Of a stretch of 64,000 nt of DNA, positions 1 through 8,904 are shown one piece after another. Both the position numbers and the translations under genes were made by a program. The stretch covers positions 34,367 through 98,366 of the forward strand of contig CAZZBP010000002.1 of NCBI GenBank assembly GCA_964652755.1, given 5' to 3'. Origin of the DNA: an uncultured Dehalococcoidia bacterium (lineage in GTDB: Bacteria > Chloroflexota > Dehalococcoidia > Lucifugimonadales > UBA826). The notes beneath the pieces are model-generated. The model had not been told where the DNA came from and did not search any database. It saw only the letters and a program-made list of their open reading frames with translations. The first letter of the stretch is position 1, and every line of letters begins with the position of its first letter.

Positions 1-894
1 ATTGTTATGGGAAGGAATCCTCAGGATATTGGGGCGATATGGTGGGATCTTTGGAAGATGAACCGGTCTGTTTCGACATATGTAATCGGTGCTGTAGATA
101 TCTGTTTGTGGGACATTAATGGAAAGATTGCAGACCAACCCATACATAGGCTTCTCGGGACCTGCAAAGAGATAGTTCCTGTTTATTCAAGCACCGCATA
201 CCATGAGACCAAGGAGGAATACGCAGAAGAAGCGATTCGATTCAAAGATATGGGCTGGACCGCGCATAAAATTCATCCCCACGGTGACCCAAAATACGAT
301 ATTGAGATTTCTAAAGCTGTGCGTGACGCTGTGGGAGAGGATATGAAGTTGATGCTCGACTCAATGTGGGCATATCAATACGAGGATGCGATGAGGGTAG
401 GCAGGGCCATAGAAGATCTGAACTTTTACTGGTATGAAGATCCTCTTGTCGAGGAAGATTTGTACAACTACGTAAAGTTACACCAGAAACTCGATATTCC
501 CATAATGTCTACTGAATATGCTCCTGGCCGTTACTATGGTATGACACAATGGATAACCCAGTATGCCACTGACATACTTCGAGGCGATGTAGCGGTCACT
601 GGGGGAATAACTCCCATGATTCGGCTTTGCCATTTGGCCGAAGGATTTAATATGAAATGTGAAATTCACCATGGTGGGAACTCATTGAATAATGTCGCGA
701 ACCTTCATATTACTATGGCGGTTCCTAACTGCGAATTCTTCGAGTTTTTTCCGTGTACGGGTGCAAACATGTATGGTCTCGTGGAGGATATACAGTTCGA
801 TGGCGGTTTTGTTCATGCTCCTACAAAGCCTGGCCTTGGATACGAAATTGACTGGGACCTACTAAATAAAGAGCACACCGCTACCGTTGAATAG
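1..894 (+). CDS. Enolase-superfamily enzyme (mandelate racemase / muconate lactonizing enzyme family), 5' end cut by the window edge
   Basis: The reading frame is open to position 1. The protein has the VDICLWDINGK..IHRLLG motif and a C-terminal barrel region (KLMLDSMW, FYWYEDP) typical of MR/MLE-type dehydratases. Stop codon TAG at 892-894. Confidence 0.85.
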   Translation: MVMGRNPQDIGAIWWDLWKMNRSVSTYVIGAVDICLWDINGKIADQPIHRLLGTCKEIVPVYSSTAYHETKEEYAEEAIRFKDMGWTAHKIHPHGDPKYDIEISKAVRDAVGEDMKLMLDSMWAYQYEDAMRVGRAIEDLNFYWYEDPLVEEDLYNYVKLHQKLDIPIMSTEYAPGRYYGMTQWITQYATDILRGDVAVTGGITPMIRLCHLAEGFNMKCEIHHGGNSLNNVANLHITMAVPNCEFFEFFPCTGANMYGLVEDIQFDGGFVHAPTKPGLGYEIDWDLLNKEHTATVE

Positions 895-969
895 ACCTTC
901 TCCGGTATTGCCCGGATCAAAACCCCATATATTTTCACTACGCGATATCCGATAGCTGGCCTCACTAAT

Positions 970-2217
970 ATGCCGAGGATACAGACCTTAGATTCATGGC
1001 GTGCGTACCGTGACTACCGATATATGTGGACGGCAAATTTTTGTGCTAATACTGCTCAATGGTTGCAATTACTTACCTTGGGATGGCTGGTGCGTCATCT
1101 GTCAGAAGGTGGAGCAAATTCCGCCTTGCTCGTTGTTGGCGTGGGAGGTGCAGTAGCCCTTCCTGGAATCATCGTGGGGCCCTGGGGTGGCGTATTAGGT
1201 GATCGGTTAAATAGAAAGAACCTTCTGATGGGGCTCGAAGGGTTCATGGCAATGACCGCCCTTATCTTCGCCTTGCTCGTTAAGGTGGACTATGTTGAGG
1301 TCTGGCATGCCTATGCTTATGCTTTGATCGCTGGTTCATGTGAATCAGTCAAAATGCCGGTGAGGCAAGCCTTAATTGCTAATTCGGTCCCCCCTCACGC
1401 TATAAGCAACGCATATGCTACCAGTGTCATTACCATCCCTGGGACAAGAATGATTGGCCCGTTTATAGGAGGTGTGATTGTTGCTGCATTTGGATTCTTC
1501 TGGAATTTTGCGATAGAGGCCGGGTTATATATGGGGGTCGTTCTATGCCTCTTACCGATGAAAACACCTTATTATCTTGGAATCAGAACGGCATCAAAGG
1601 TATCGGGTGTAATAGGAGTATTCTCAGACATCGCCGACGGATTTCGTTATCTGTGGAAAAGGCAGAGAGTACTGTCTCTATTGATGATCCTGTCTTCAGG
1701 GCCCAACATCATCTGTCATCCAGTCCTTTTTTTGCTTCCTATGTTTACCGTTAATGTGTTGGGGAAAGGTGTTGATTACGGTGGCTACATGATGGCTGTA
1801 AATGGGGCTGGAGGATTCCTGATGGTATTACTAATATCCGCATTTGGGTTCCCCAGGCTCAGGGGAATGACCTGTCTCCTATCTGCTCTGGCAAGCGCGG
1901 TGTTAACCCTACTGTTGAGCCAGTCGATTTGGCTACCTGCTGCTTTTCTAGTTCTAGCACTATTCGGGGCGAGCCAGACTGCCTACAGAACGACTAATGG
2001 TGTCATGACCCAAACTCTGGTGGATGATGGATATCGCGTTAGAGTAATGAGCGTTTATAGAATTGTGATGGGGATGGTGGTTTTCTTTAGCTTGCTAGTG
2101 GGGTGGTTTGCCGACGTGACTTCCCCAAGGTGGGCTTTAGTGCTGATGGGAATCTTGGCCTTGGCTATTTCAGTTGCATATTTGATCTCTGCTTCTTCTA
2201 TAAGGCGTCAGGAATAA
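970..2217 (+). CDS. MFS transporter (MFS_3/EntS-like architecture)
   Basis: 415 aa and hydrophobic throughout, with about 12 predicted helices. It has a GDRLNRK loop after TM2, characteristic of MFS. It follows the enolase gene on the same strand. Confidence 0.8.
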   Translation: MPRIQTLDSWRAYRDYRYMWTANFCANTAQWLQLLTLGWLVRHLSEGGANSALLVVGVGGAVALPGIIVGPWGGVLGDRLNRKNLLMGLEGFMAMTALIFALLVKVDYVEVWHAYAYALIAGSCESVKMPVRQALIANSVPPHAISNAYATSVITIPGTRMIGPFIGGVIVAAFGFFWNFAIEAGLYMGVVLCLLPMKTPYYLGIRTASKVSGVIGVFSDIADGFRYLWKRQRVLSLLMILSSGPNIICHPVLFLLPMFTVNVLGKGVDYGGYMMAVNGAGGFLMVLLISAFGFPRLRGMTCLLSALASAVLTLLLSQSIWLPAAFLVLALFGASQTAYRTTNGVMTQTLVDDGYRVRVMSVYRIVMGMVVFFSLLVGWFADVTSPRWALVLMGILALAISVAYLISASSIRRQE

Positions 2218-2222
2218 AAGTG

Positions 2223-2417
2223 TTACGCAGATCTGTGGGCGTGAGGGGCTTTCATCTCAGGGTTCCATGTAAGGGGAGGTAGCGGCCACGGTTCTACTTC
2301 ACACCTCCGGGCCCAATCTTCGTAAGATGATTCCATGGCGGTCAACCTGCTGCTCTCAGTTTCGCCAAGGTTCCTGCGCTCTGTTCTATCCTCATCCATA
2401 TTATAAATTTCCCAACC
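2223..2417 (-). other. In-frame continuation of the sulfatase past TGA (63 further codons to TAA at 2223-2225)
   Basis: Manual translation of the minus strand gives ..WKIVSEVG-TGA-GWEIYNMDEDRTERRNLGETESSRLTAMESSYEDWARRCEVEPWPLPP..-TAA. This is the conserved W-E-L/I-Y-N/D-x-x-x-D-x-x-E-x-x-N-L sulfatase C-terminus. Confidence 0.8.
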
Positions 2418-3863
2418 TCAGCCAACTTCACTTACTATTTTCCACTGGCCGTCCCGCATGGCACGGCTACCTTCATGCTCCCAGAATATTGGAGCACTCC
2501 TATGCCAATTTCTGTCTGTTATAGCTTTTAAAAGACTTTCACCTTCAAGTGGTTTTATTTCATTCCCAGATATTTCCTTGGGGTAAATTGCGGAAGCAGC
2601 GTCATAGATAGTCGCAGAGATATCTATGATATGGGCGGGTTCATGTATGATTGAACAATCCCTTATCTTATTAGGCCAGCGTATAACAAAAGGGGTTGAT
2701 ATTCCGCCTTCGTGAGTCCATCGCTTAAATAACCTAAAAGGCGTATTGCTTGTGTTTGCCCATGGTAAGTCGTAACTCATAAAAGTGTCATCAGGCCCTG
2801 GAATGAGATCCTTTCGGTTGCCGACTTTCATCGGTCGGCCATCTCTTGTAGGTGAAGCGTATTGGGACGGAAGTGGACGAGTACTGTCTTCCGCTAGGAA
2901 TTCGGCGCACCCTCCATTATCCGAAAGAAACATGACCACTGTATTGTCATCAAGACCCAGTTCTTTCAGTTTTTTCAATATTCTTCCTATTCCTTGATCC
3001 ATACGGTCAATCATGGCGGAGTAGACCGCCATTCTTAGATCTTCCCAATCATGATTCTTGGCTTCTTTCCATGGGCAGGACGCGGAGTCTCGCGGCGATA
3101 TTTCCCACTTCTCGTCGAGTATTCCCAGACCTTTAAGCTCTTCATGCCTGTTCGTTCTTACAACGTCCCATCCTGCTTGGTATTTTCCTTGGTATCTTGC
3201 GATATCCTCTTCCAAAGCGTGAAGGGGCCAATGTGGTGCTGTATAAGCCACGTGTAGAAAAAAAGGATTATCGTCTTGAGCTGTATCTTCTATCATGGAA
3301 AGTGCGTTATCTGTAATTGCGTCAGTCAAGTAAAAGTCTGGTGTTTCTATTTCAATCAGATCCTCATTTCTCATCAACGTACGGGGGTGAAAGTAATTAG
3401 CTGCTCCGGAAACTATGCCGAAGAACCTGTCAAAACCTCTCTGTACTGGGGTGGGGTGACCAACGCTGCCGGGAAACCAATTTGACTTGTCTAAAAGATC
3501 GTACCCACCACCTACGTGCCATTTGCCTGACATTAGTGTTGCGTACCCTGAACCTTTAAGTACTTCGGCGATAGTGGCACAGTTATCGTTTAGATAGCCC
3601 TGGTATGAAGGATACTTTGTCTCGTTTGGCCGATCAAAAGTGGAGTCCATATGTCGTATTCCTGCCTGGTGAGGATTATGCCCAGTTAGAAGGGAGGCTC
3701 TGGATGGGCAGCAGCGGGCCGAGTTGTACATCTGCGAGAATCTAACCCCAGTGTTTGCCAGAGAGTCGATGTTCGGAGTATTAATCTCAGAGCCGTAGCA
3801 GCCAAGGTCCGAATATCCCATGTCATCTGCCAGTATCAATACGAAGCTTGGTCTATCACTCAT
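2418..3863 (-). CDS. Arylsulfatase (formylglycine-dependent sulfatase family), ORF ends at an in-frame TGA
   Basis: The N-terminus reads FVLILADDMGYSDLGCYG, and the formylglycine motif CCPSRASLLTG (C-x-P-x-R) is present. GKWH and LSDNGG sulfatase motifs are also present. The ORF stops at TGA 2415-2417, but conserved sulfatase C-terminal sequence continues in frame (see next feature). Confidence 0.9.
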   Translation of the reverse strand: MSDRPSFVLILADDMGYSDLGCYGSEINTPNIDSLANTGVRFSQMYNSARCCPSRASLLTGHNPHQAGIRHMDSTFDRPNETKYPSYQGYLNDNCATIAEVLKGSGYATLMSGKWHVGGGYDLLDKSNWFPGSVGHPTPVQRGFDRFFGIVSGAANYFHPRTLMRNEDLIEIETPDFYLTDAITDNALSMIEDTAQDDNPFFLHVAYTAPHWPLHALEEDIARYQGKYQAGWDVVRTNRHEELKGLGILDEKWEISPRDSASCPWKEAKNHDWEDLRMAVYSAMIDRMDQGIGRILKKLKELGLDDNTVVMFLSDNGGCAEFLAEDSTRPLPSQYASPTRDGRPMKVGNRKDLIPGPDDTFMSYDLPWANTSNTPFRLFKRWTHEGGISTPFVIRWPNKIRDCSIIHEPAHIIDISATIYDAASAIYPKEISGNEIKPLEGESLLKAITDRNWHRSAPIFWEHEGSRAMRDGQWKIVSEVG

Positions 3864-4163
3864 GTTGATTTCTCCTGCGAGATGTTACTTTCACAATAGA
3901 GAATATAAGTTAATGGTTAACTTCATTCTTGGGAAATATTTGTCGTGAAACAGTTTATCCTTCAGTGGCCAATTGGCAAATATACTGTTAAGGTTGCGTC
4001 AATATTGCTGAATATAAATTCCTGTAATTTGTTGCAATTGCGAAATTATCCTTTCTTGGAGTCGAATTGTTGGACCCATATATGCACTTGATTAAAAGTA
4101 ACAATTGGTCCAGAACTTGCGGACGTCATCGTGGTGTCGTGGTTCGCCAGATGAGGTAACTGT

Positions 4164-5501
4164 TTGAATTCAGAAAACCAAGATTCCTCCCCTCTGTTTT
4201 CTGTGGATAGGTGGAATAGTATCTATTACGGTTGGTACTTAGTCCCAGTTTATGGTGTGGTGATGCTTGTGGCCACAACACCACTATTCCACGCGATGGG
4301 TATATGGGCTGTTGCTATGGAGAGAGCCTTTGGCTGGAATCGGACTCAGCTTTCTCTAGCCCTATCTTTCACCAGAGTAGAGGGGGGAATACTCGGCCCT
4401 ATTGAAGGCTATCTGATCGACAAATTTGGCACTCGCAGAATGGTGTTGATTGGAATGCTTATCATGGGGGCTGGATGGGTTCTGTTCAGTCGAATCAATC
4501 ACTTGTTTGTTTTTTACGCTGCCTATTTGGTAATCGCGCTTGGACAGGGTTTAGGGAGCTGGCTTGCCCTCAACACGATGCTAAACAACTGGTTTGTGAG
4601 GCGTAGATCGTTTGCTATGGGACTAGCGAATTCTTTTTCTCGGCTAGGATCATTGTTTCTGGTGCCTGTTCTTGCCTGGCTAGTAGATCCAGATATTCCA
4701 GACAGGTTGGGCTGGAGTTTAACAGCCTTGATTCTAGGGGGAATTACAATCGCTGTTGCCTTTCCCTTAACTAGATTGCTTAGAAATCGCCCAGAGGATT
4801 ATGGGCTTCTTCCGGATGGTGATACCCACGAAGATTCGGTTCGAAGGAGTCGAGAGGCCGACGAGAGAGGCGAAACTTTAGAAACAGGGCCAGATTTTAC
4901 TGTTTCTCAGGCGCTCAGATCCAAGGCATTCTGGTTTATCAGCTTGGGACACGGATTTACTTCCATGGTGCTGTTGGCATTTATGCTTCACCTAGCACCA
5001 ATGATGACCGATCAGAGTTATAGCCTCCAGACCGCATCGTTTGTCGTGTCCGCCTATACCGCAGTCTCAATGGTATTTCAGTTGATTGGAGGTTACGTAG
5101 GGGACAGAATCCCAAAAAACGTAGCTCTAATGATATTCACCATGTGCCAGGCCGCGGGTGTCTTCTATTTAACTTTTGGACCTCCAACGTTGGTCACCGC
5201 ATACGGATTCGCTTTATTGTTTGGTATAGGTTTCGGCGGGAGGAGTCCGATTTCTTCCTCTATCAGGGGTGACTACTTTGGAAGGCAACACTACGGGAAG
5301 ATAATGGGAATTTCACAGGTCCCCATGAATGTCCTACTGTTAATTGGCCCGGTGTTCGCCGGATACATGAGAGATTCTACAGGAACATATACGGTTGCAT
5401 TTGCTGTTCTCGGAGGGCTTGCCGTCGTCGGAGGTTTCTGCTTCTTGATGGCTACCAAGCCTCGGAATCCTAATCAGGATAGAGTCACGTCTATTTCCTG
5501 A
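4164..5501 (+). CDS. MFS transporter (oxalate/formate antiporter-like MFS_1)
   Basis: 445 aa with 12 hydrophobic segments split by a charged central loop (RNRPEDYGLLPDGD..). It has a DKFGTRR motif after TM2. TTG start. Confidence 0.8.
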   Translation: MNSENQDSSPLFSVDRWNSIYYGWYLVPVYGVVMLVATTPLFHAMGIWAVAMERAFGWNRTQLSLALSFTRVEGGILGPIEGYLIDKFGTRRMVLIGMLIMGAGWVLFSRINHLFVFYAAYLVIALGQGLGSWLALNTMLNNWFVRRRSFAMGLANSFSRLGSLFLVPVLAWLVDPDIPDRLGWSLTALILGGITIAVAFPLTRLLRNRPEDYGLLPDGDTHEDSVRRSREADERGETLETGPDFTVSQALRSKAFWFISLGHGFTSMVLLAFMLHLAPMMTDQSYSLQTASFVVSAYTAVSMVFQLIGGYVGDRIPKNVALMIFTMCQAAGVFYLTFGPPTLVTAYGFALLFGIGFGGRSPISSSIRGDYFGRQHYGKIMGISQVPMNVLLLIGPVFAGYMRDSTGTYTVAFAVLGGLAVVGGFCFLMATKPRNPNQDRVTSIS

Positions 5502-5507
5502 TAAATT

Positions 5508-6578
5508 CTAGTCCGAAATTGCTGCCGACTCTTTTACCAAACTAGATCCTATAAGGTATTCCGCAACCAGCGCATACGATTGTATACGTTGATTGAAGTG
5601 GTAACAGTTTGAAACGATTCCTATATCCCCTGTTTGATAACGTTCTGATGCTGCAAGGATACCTTCCCGCACTTGATCGGGGTCTCCTTCTATATAACTT
5701 CTGGTTTCATGTTCCATATAGGCGCGCGCATGCTCATCTAGCGGCCAGTTAATTGCTTCTTCCGGAGGGATCAGTCCCATTGTAGACAGGCCTAATCTCG
5801 ATATTACCTTGTTGAGGCTGCGTGAAGAACCGACAAACCTGGCTTCCTCTTCAGTTGGAGCGCAAATAACTTGAAGTCCGACGTTTACAATTGGTTCATC
5901 AAGATATGAGGATGGCTTGAATCCGTTTCTATAAATGTCTGTGACCTGTGGACCATATTCAGAAGTGTTACCGAAAAAGTCAGCGAAGCTGAATGGAAGG
6001 CCCATTTCCGCAGCCAATCTTGCACTGTAATCACTTGAGCCTAAAAGCCAGATCTCGGGAGCGGATTCTTTTTTGGCCCCAGGGTACGCGGATATTCCTG
6101 ACAAGGGATGACCTTCATCAATTCCATTATCCAGGAACCCGGTCAGGTCTTTTACCATCTGGGGAAAATCTCTTTGGACATCCATTGTCGGTCTGGGATA
6201 GGTCAATGCCGCCGCAGTTCGCTGATCGCTTCCAGGGGCTCTTCCGACTCCTAGGTCTATACGGCCTGGATAAAATGAATCTAGTACGCTGAATTGCTCG
6301 GCAACCTTGAGCGCAGAGTAATGGCTAAGCATCACTCCCGCGCTGCCTACTCGTATCCGACTTGTATTTGCAGCAATTTGGCCAATCAGAATTTCCGGAC
6401 TTGTTCCCGAAAAAGAGCTGGAATTGTGATGCTCGGCTACCCAGTATCTTTTATATCCTAAGCTGTCCGCCTTCTTGGCGAGCTCAACAGTTTCTTGGAG
6501 TGAGTCGCGTGGTGTCCCACCTCTCCTGACGGGAGATTGATCCACAATCGTGAGGGTGATGTCTGTAGTCCTTGCCAT
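5508..6578 (-). CDS. Luciferase-like monooxygenase (LLM-class flavin-dependent oxidoreductase, YhbW-like group)
   Basis: The protein reads ..LTIVDQSP..A..LGYKRYWVAEHHN..SPEILIGQIAA.T.RIRVGSAGVMLSHYSALKVAEQF..YPGRIDLGVGRAPGSD. I prefer the internal ATG at 6578, which gives a family-typical N-terminus. The ORF track extends the ORF to 6638. Confidence 0.85.
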   Translation of the reverse strand: MARTTDITLTIVDQSPVRRGGTPRDSLQETVELAKKADSLGYKRYWVAEHHNSSSFSGTSPEILIGQIAANTSRIRVGSAGVMLSHYSALKVAEQFSVLDSFYPGRIDLGVGRAPGSDQRTAAALTYPRPTMDVQRDFPQMVKDLTGFLDNGIDEGHPLSGISAYPGAKKESAPEIWLLGSSDYSARLAAEMGLPFSFADFFGNTSEYGPQVTDIYRNGFKPSSYLDEPIVNVGLQVICAPTEEEARFVGSSRSLNKVISRLGLSTMGLIPPEEAINWPLDEHARAYMEHETRSYIEGDPDQVREGILAASERYQTGDIGIVSNCYHFNQRIQSYALVAEYLIGSSLVKESAAISD

Positions 6579-6733
6579 CTCGATATACCAAAGGATATCA
6601 GAAAGAGAAAATATACTTTCAGTACACGAGTTATCCATAGAGTAGTGGAGTAGAATTGGTTAATATGCTCTGGCTCCATAGTTTTCAGAAACGAATAACC
6701 TAATTGGGCCAGCGCTGAAACGGAGTATTACGG

Positions 6734-7687
6734 TTGCCTCAATCTTCAACAGAAGAGGCTAATTCTCGATCTAAGGAAAAAGATATCAGGCGTCCCGCAG
6801 GGCTTCTGCCGACTCTTTTCAATATTTTCCTCTCCTTCATCTGGGGCGGCAACAATGTCAGCATAAAAGTTGCACTGGATTATTCTCCCCCACTTCAGAT
6901 CGGCTGGATGCGATTCGTATTCGGCGGACTAGTTACTCTTGGATACATGATGTATCGACGGGAATCTTTTAGGATTTACCGGAATGAAGCCGTTCCTCTA
7001 TGTGTCATCGTTCTGCTTTTTACAGTACAGATAACTCTCATGAACTTTGGGCAAGACAAAACAACGGCCGGGCATGCTACTGCACTTAATTCCACTTTCC
7101 CGATCTGGGCTGCTGTGATTGCCCATTTTATCGTTCCTTCAGACCGTCTCAGTCGGTGGAAAATACTTGCAATAGTTTTTTCGTATTCAGGGATACTTGC
7201 TATTGTGTTTGGTGATTCAGGGTTCACGGGGGTTTCCACGGAAGGCGTTTCTATTTCGGGCGACTTGATGAGCCTTGCTTCTGCTGCTTTGCTGGGTCTT
7301 CGACTAGTACTGATGTCCAACTTTGCCCAGAACATGTCTGTGGCAAAAATTATGCTTGTCCAGTTAGTGATGGGAACGGTCTTTTTCCTGGTAGGGAGTT
7401 ATTTGGTAGAGACACCTTCATACACTGCGGAAATGCGTTTTTGGGGAGCATTGTTTTACCAAGGAGTCATTATTGCGGGGTTCGGATTCTTATCAAATGC
7501 CTGGCTTGTAAAAAGATATTTGCCTTCTACCGTCACGTTTTTTTCGTTTATCCAACCTCCCGCAGGACTCGTGCTTGCATGGTTGATTTTAGGGGAAGCT
7601 CCAGGTAGTGGTTTGATCGCAGGACTTTTCTTTATAGTAGCGGGGGCCATAATTTTCGGTGGTGAATCATATATCAAAGCGCGGTAG
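6734..7687 (+). CDS. DMT-superfamily transporter (EamA family, two EamA repeats)
   Basis: 317 aa with about 10 TM segments in two internally similar halves. TTG start. Confidence 0.75.
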   Translation: MPQSSTEEANSRSKEKDIRRPAGLLPTLFNIFLSFIWGGNNVSIKVALDYSPPLQIGWMRFVFGGLVTLGYMMYRRESFRIYRNEAVPLCVIVLLFTVQITLMNFGQDKTTAGHATALNSTFPIWAAVIAHFIVPSDRLSRWKILAIVFSYSGILAIVFGDSGFTGVSTEGVSISGDLMSLASAALLGLRLVLMSNFAQNMSVAKIMLVQLVMGTVFFLVGSYLVETPSYTAEMRFWGALFYQGVIIAGFGFLSNAWLVKRYLPSTVTFFSFIQPPAGLVLAWLILGEAPGSGLIAGLFFIVAGAIIFGGESYIKAR

Positions 7688-7751
7688 GTTGCGTCATTGA
7701 ATTCCGCTATTTAGTGTGAGTTTGATCAATTAAGATAGGAATTAACAAGGC

Positions 7752-8870
7752 ATGAAGATTACAGAAGTTATAAGCGAAGTTTTTGAATGGGAAAGGCCAG
7801 GTATCTGGAATGGAGGACATTTCTATGGGCCGGGAAGGCTCCATAAGGTTACGATAAAGACAGATGAGGGTGTAGATGGCTGCGGGTGGAACGGAGGAAC
7901 GGCTGCGGAACGTCCTCTCAATATATTCCCACCCTTCGTTGACTATTTCCGAGAACTTCTGATCGGACGTGATCCGAATGACACCCGATCTATTGCCGAG
8001 GATCTTGGTGAAAAGCATATCAAGATACTTGGACCCGCGGGAGTTAACACCCAGGTTTTGGCTGCAATAAACATTGCCTGTTGGGATATAAAAGGAAAAG
8101 CTTTGGGTAAGTCAGTACATCAACTTCTTGGTGGAGCCCAGAGTCGTATCAGGACCTACATAGCTGGAGGTTACTATGCTGAAGGGAAAGGGCTTGAGGA
8201 GTTGCAGGAAGAAGTAAGATTCAACGTTGAAGAGATGCATGCGGGGGCGGTGAAGATAAAGATTGGCGATCCCCGGCAAGGTGTATTTGGTGATATGAAA
8301 AGAGTTGAGGCGGCAAGGGAGGCGGTTGGTGACAACGTAACACTTATGGTGGATGCGAATTGCGCACTGGACCTAAGTACTTCTCTCGAATTTACCAACG
8401 AGTTGGCGAAATTGGGTGTTTACTGGTTTGAAGAACCGATGCCTATACACAGGTACAAAGAGCACGGAACTCTTCGCTCAGCATCAGAGGTCAAGATCGC
8501 TACTGGGGAAAACGGGTATCATCTCTCTCACTTTGAGACTCTTTTGGATCATAAAGGTGCTGATGTACTGAATGTTGATGTCACCATCTGTCCTGGCTAC
8601 GATGTGGCTAAAGATGTAGCCGACCTTGCCTTGGAACGAGGTGTTTCTATTGCGCCTCACGGGTGCCAGGAACTTCAACTACCGCTGGCTGCGGGGGTTC
8701 CTCATGGGGAATTCCTGGAATATTATCCCGTGGCAGTGGATCCGCTTAGGGCTGAGATGTTTCAACCCCGGATGATTCCAGATGAAGATGGATACGTTAC
8801 CGTTCCTGACAGACCCGGAATAGGTTTCCAACTTAATATGGACCTTCTGAATAAATACAGAGTAGGGTAG
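7752..8870 (+). CDS. Enolase-superfamily enzyme (mandelate racemase / muconate lactonizing enzyme family)
   Basis: Full-length 372 aa. Motifs include AINIACWDIKGKALGKSVHQLLGG, KIKIG, MVDAN, YWFEEP and ATGE, consistent with MR/MLE metal-ligand strands. Confidence 0.9.
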   Translation: MKITEVISEVFEWERPGIWNGGHFYGPGRLHKVTIKTDEGVDGCGWNGGTAAERPLNIFPPFVDYFRELLIGRDPNDTRSIAEDLGEKHIKILGPAGVNTQVLAAINIACWDIKGKALGKSVHQLLGGAQSRIRTYIAGGYYAEGKGLEELQEEVRFNVEEMHAGAVKIKIGDPRQGVFGDMKRVEAAREAVGDNVTLMVDANCALDLSTSLEFTNELAKLGVYWFEEPMPIHRYKEHGTLRSASEVKIATGENGYHLSHFETLLDHKGADVLNVDVTICPGYDVAKDVADLALERGVSIAPHGCQELQLPLAAGVPHGEFLEYYPVAVDPLRAEMFQPRMIPDEDGYVTVPDRPGIGFQLNMDLLNKYRVG

Positions 8871-8904
8871 CTACAAACGGCATTAATAAAATTGAGGTTG
8901 GAAC

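Noticed and set aside
2415-2417. The sulfatase in-frame TGA as a second selenocysteine codon.
   Set aside because: No stable hairpin lies within about 40 nt downstream. The position is a variable surface loop rather than a redox site. A nonsense mutation or sequencing error is more parsimonious.
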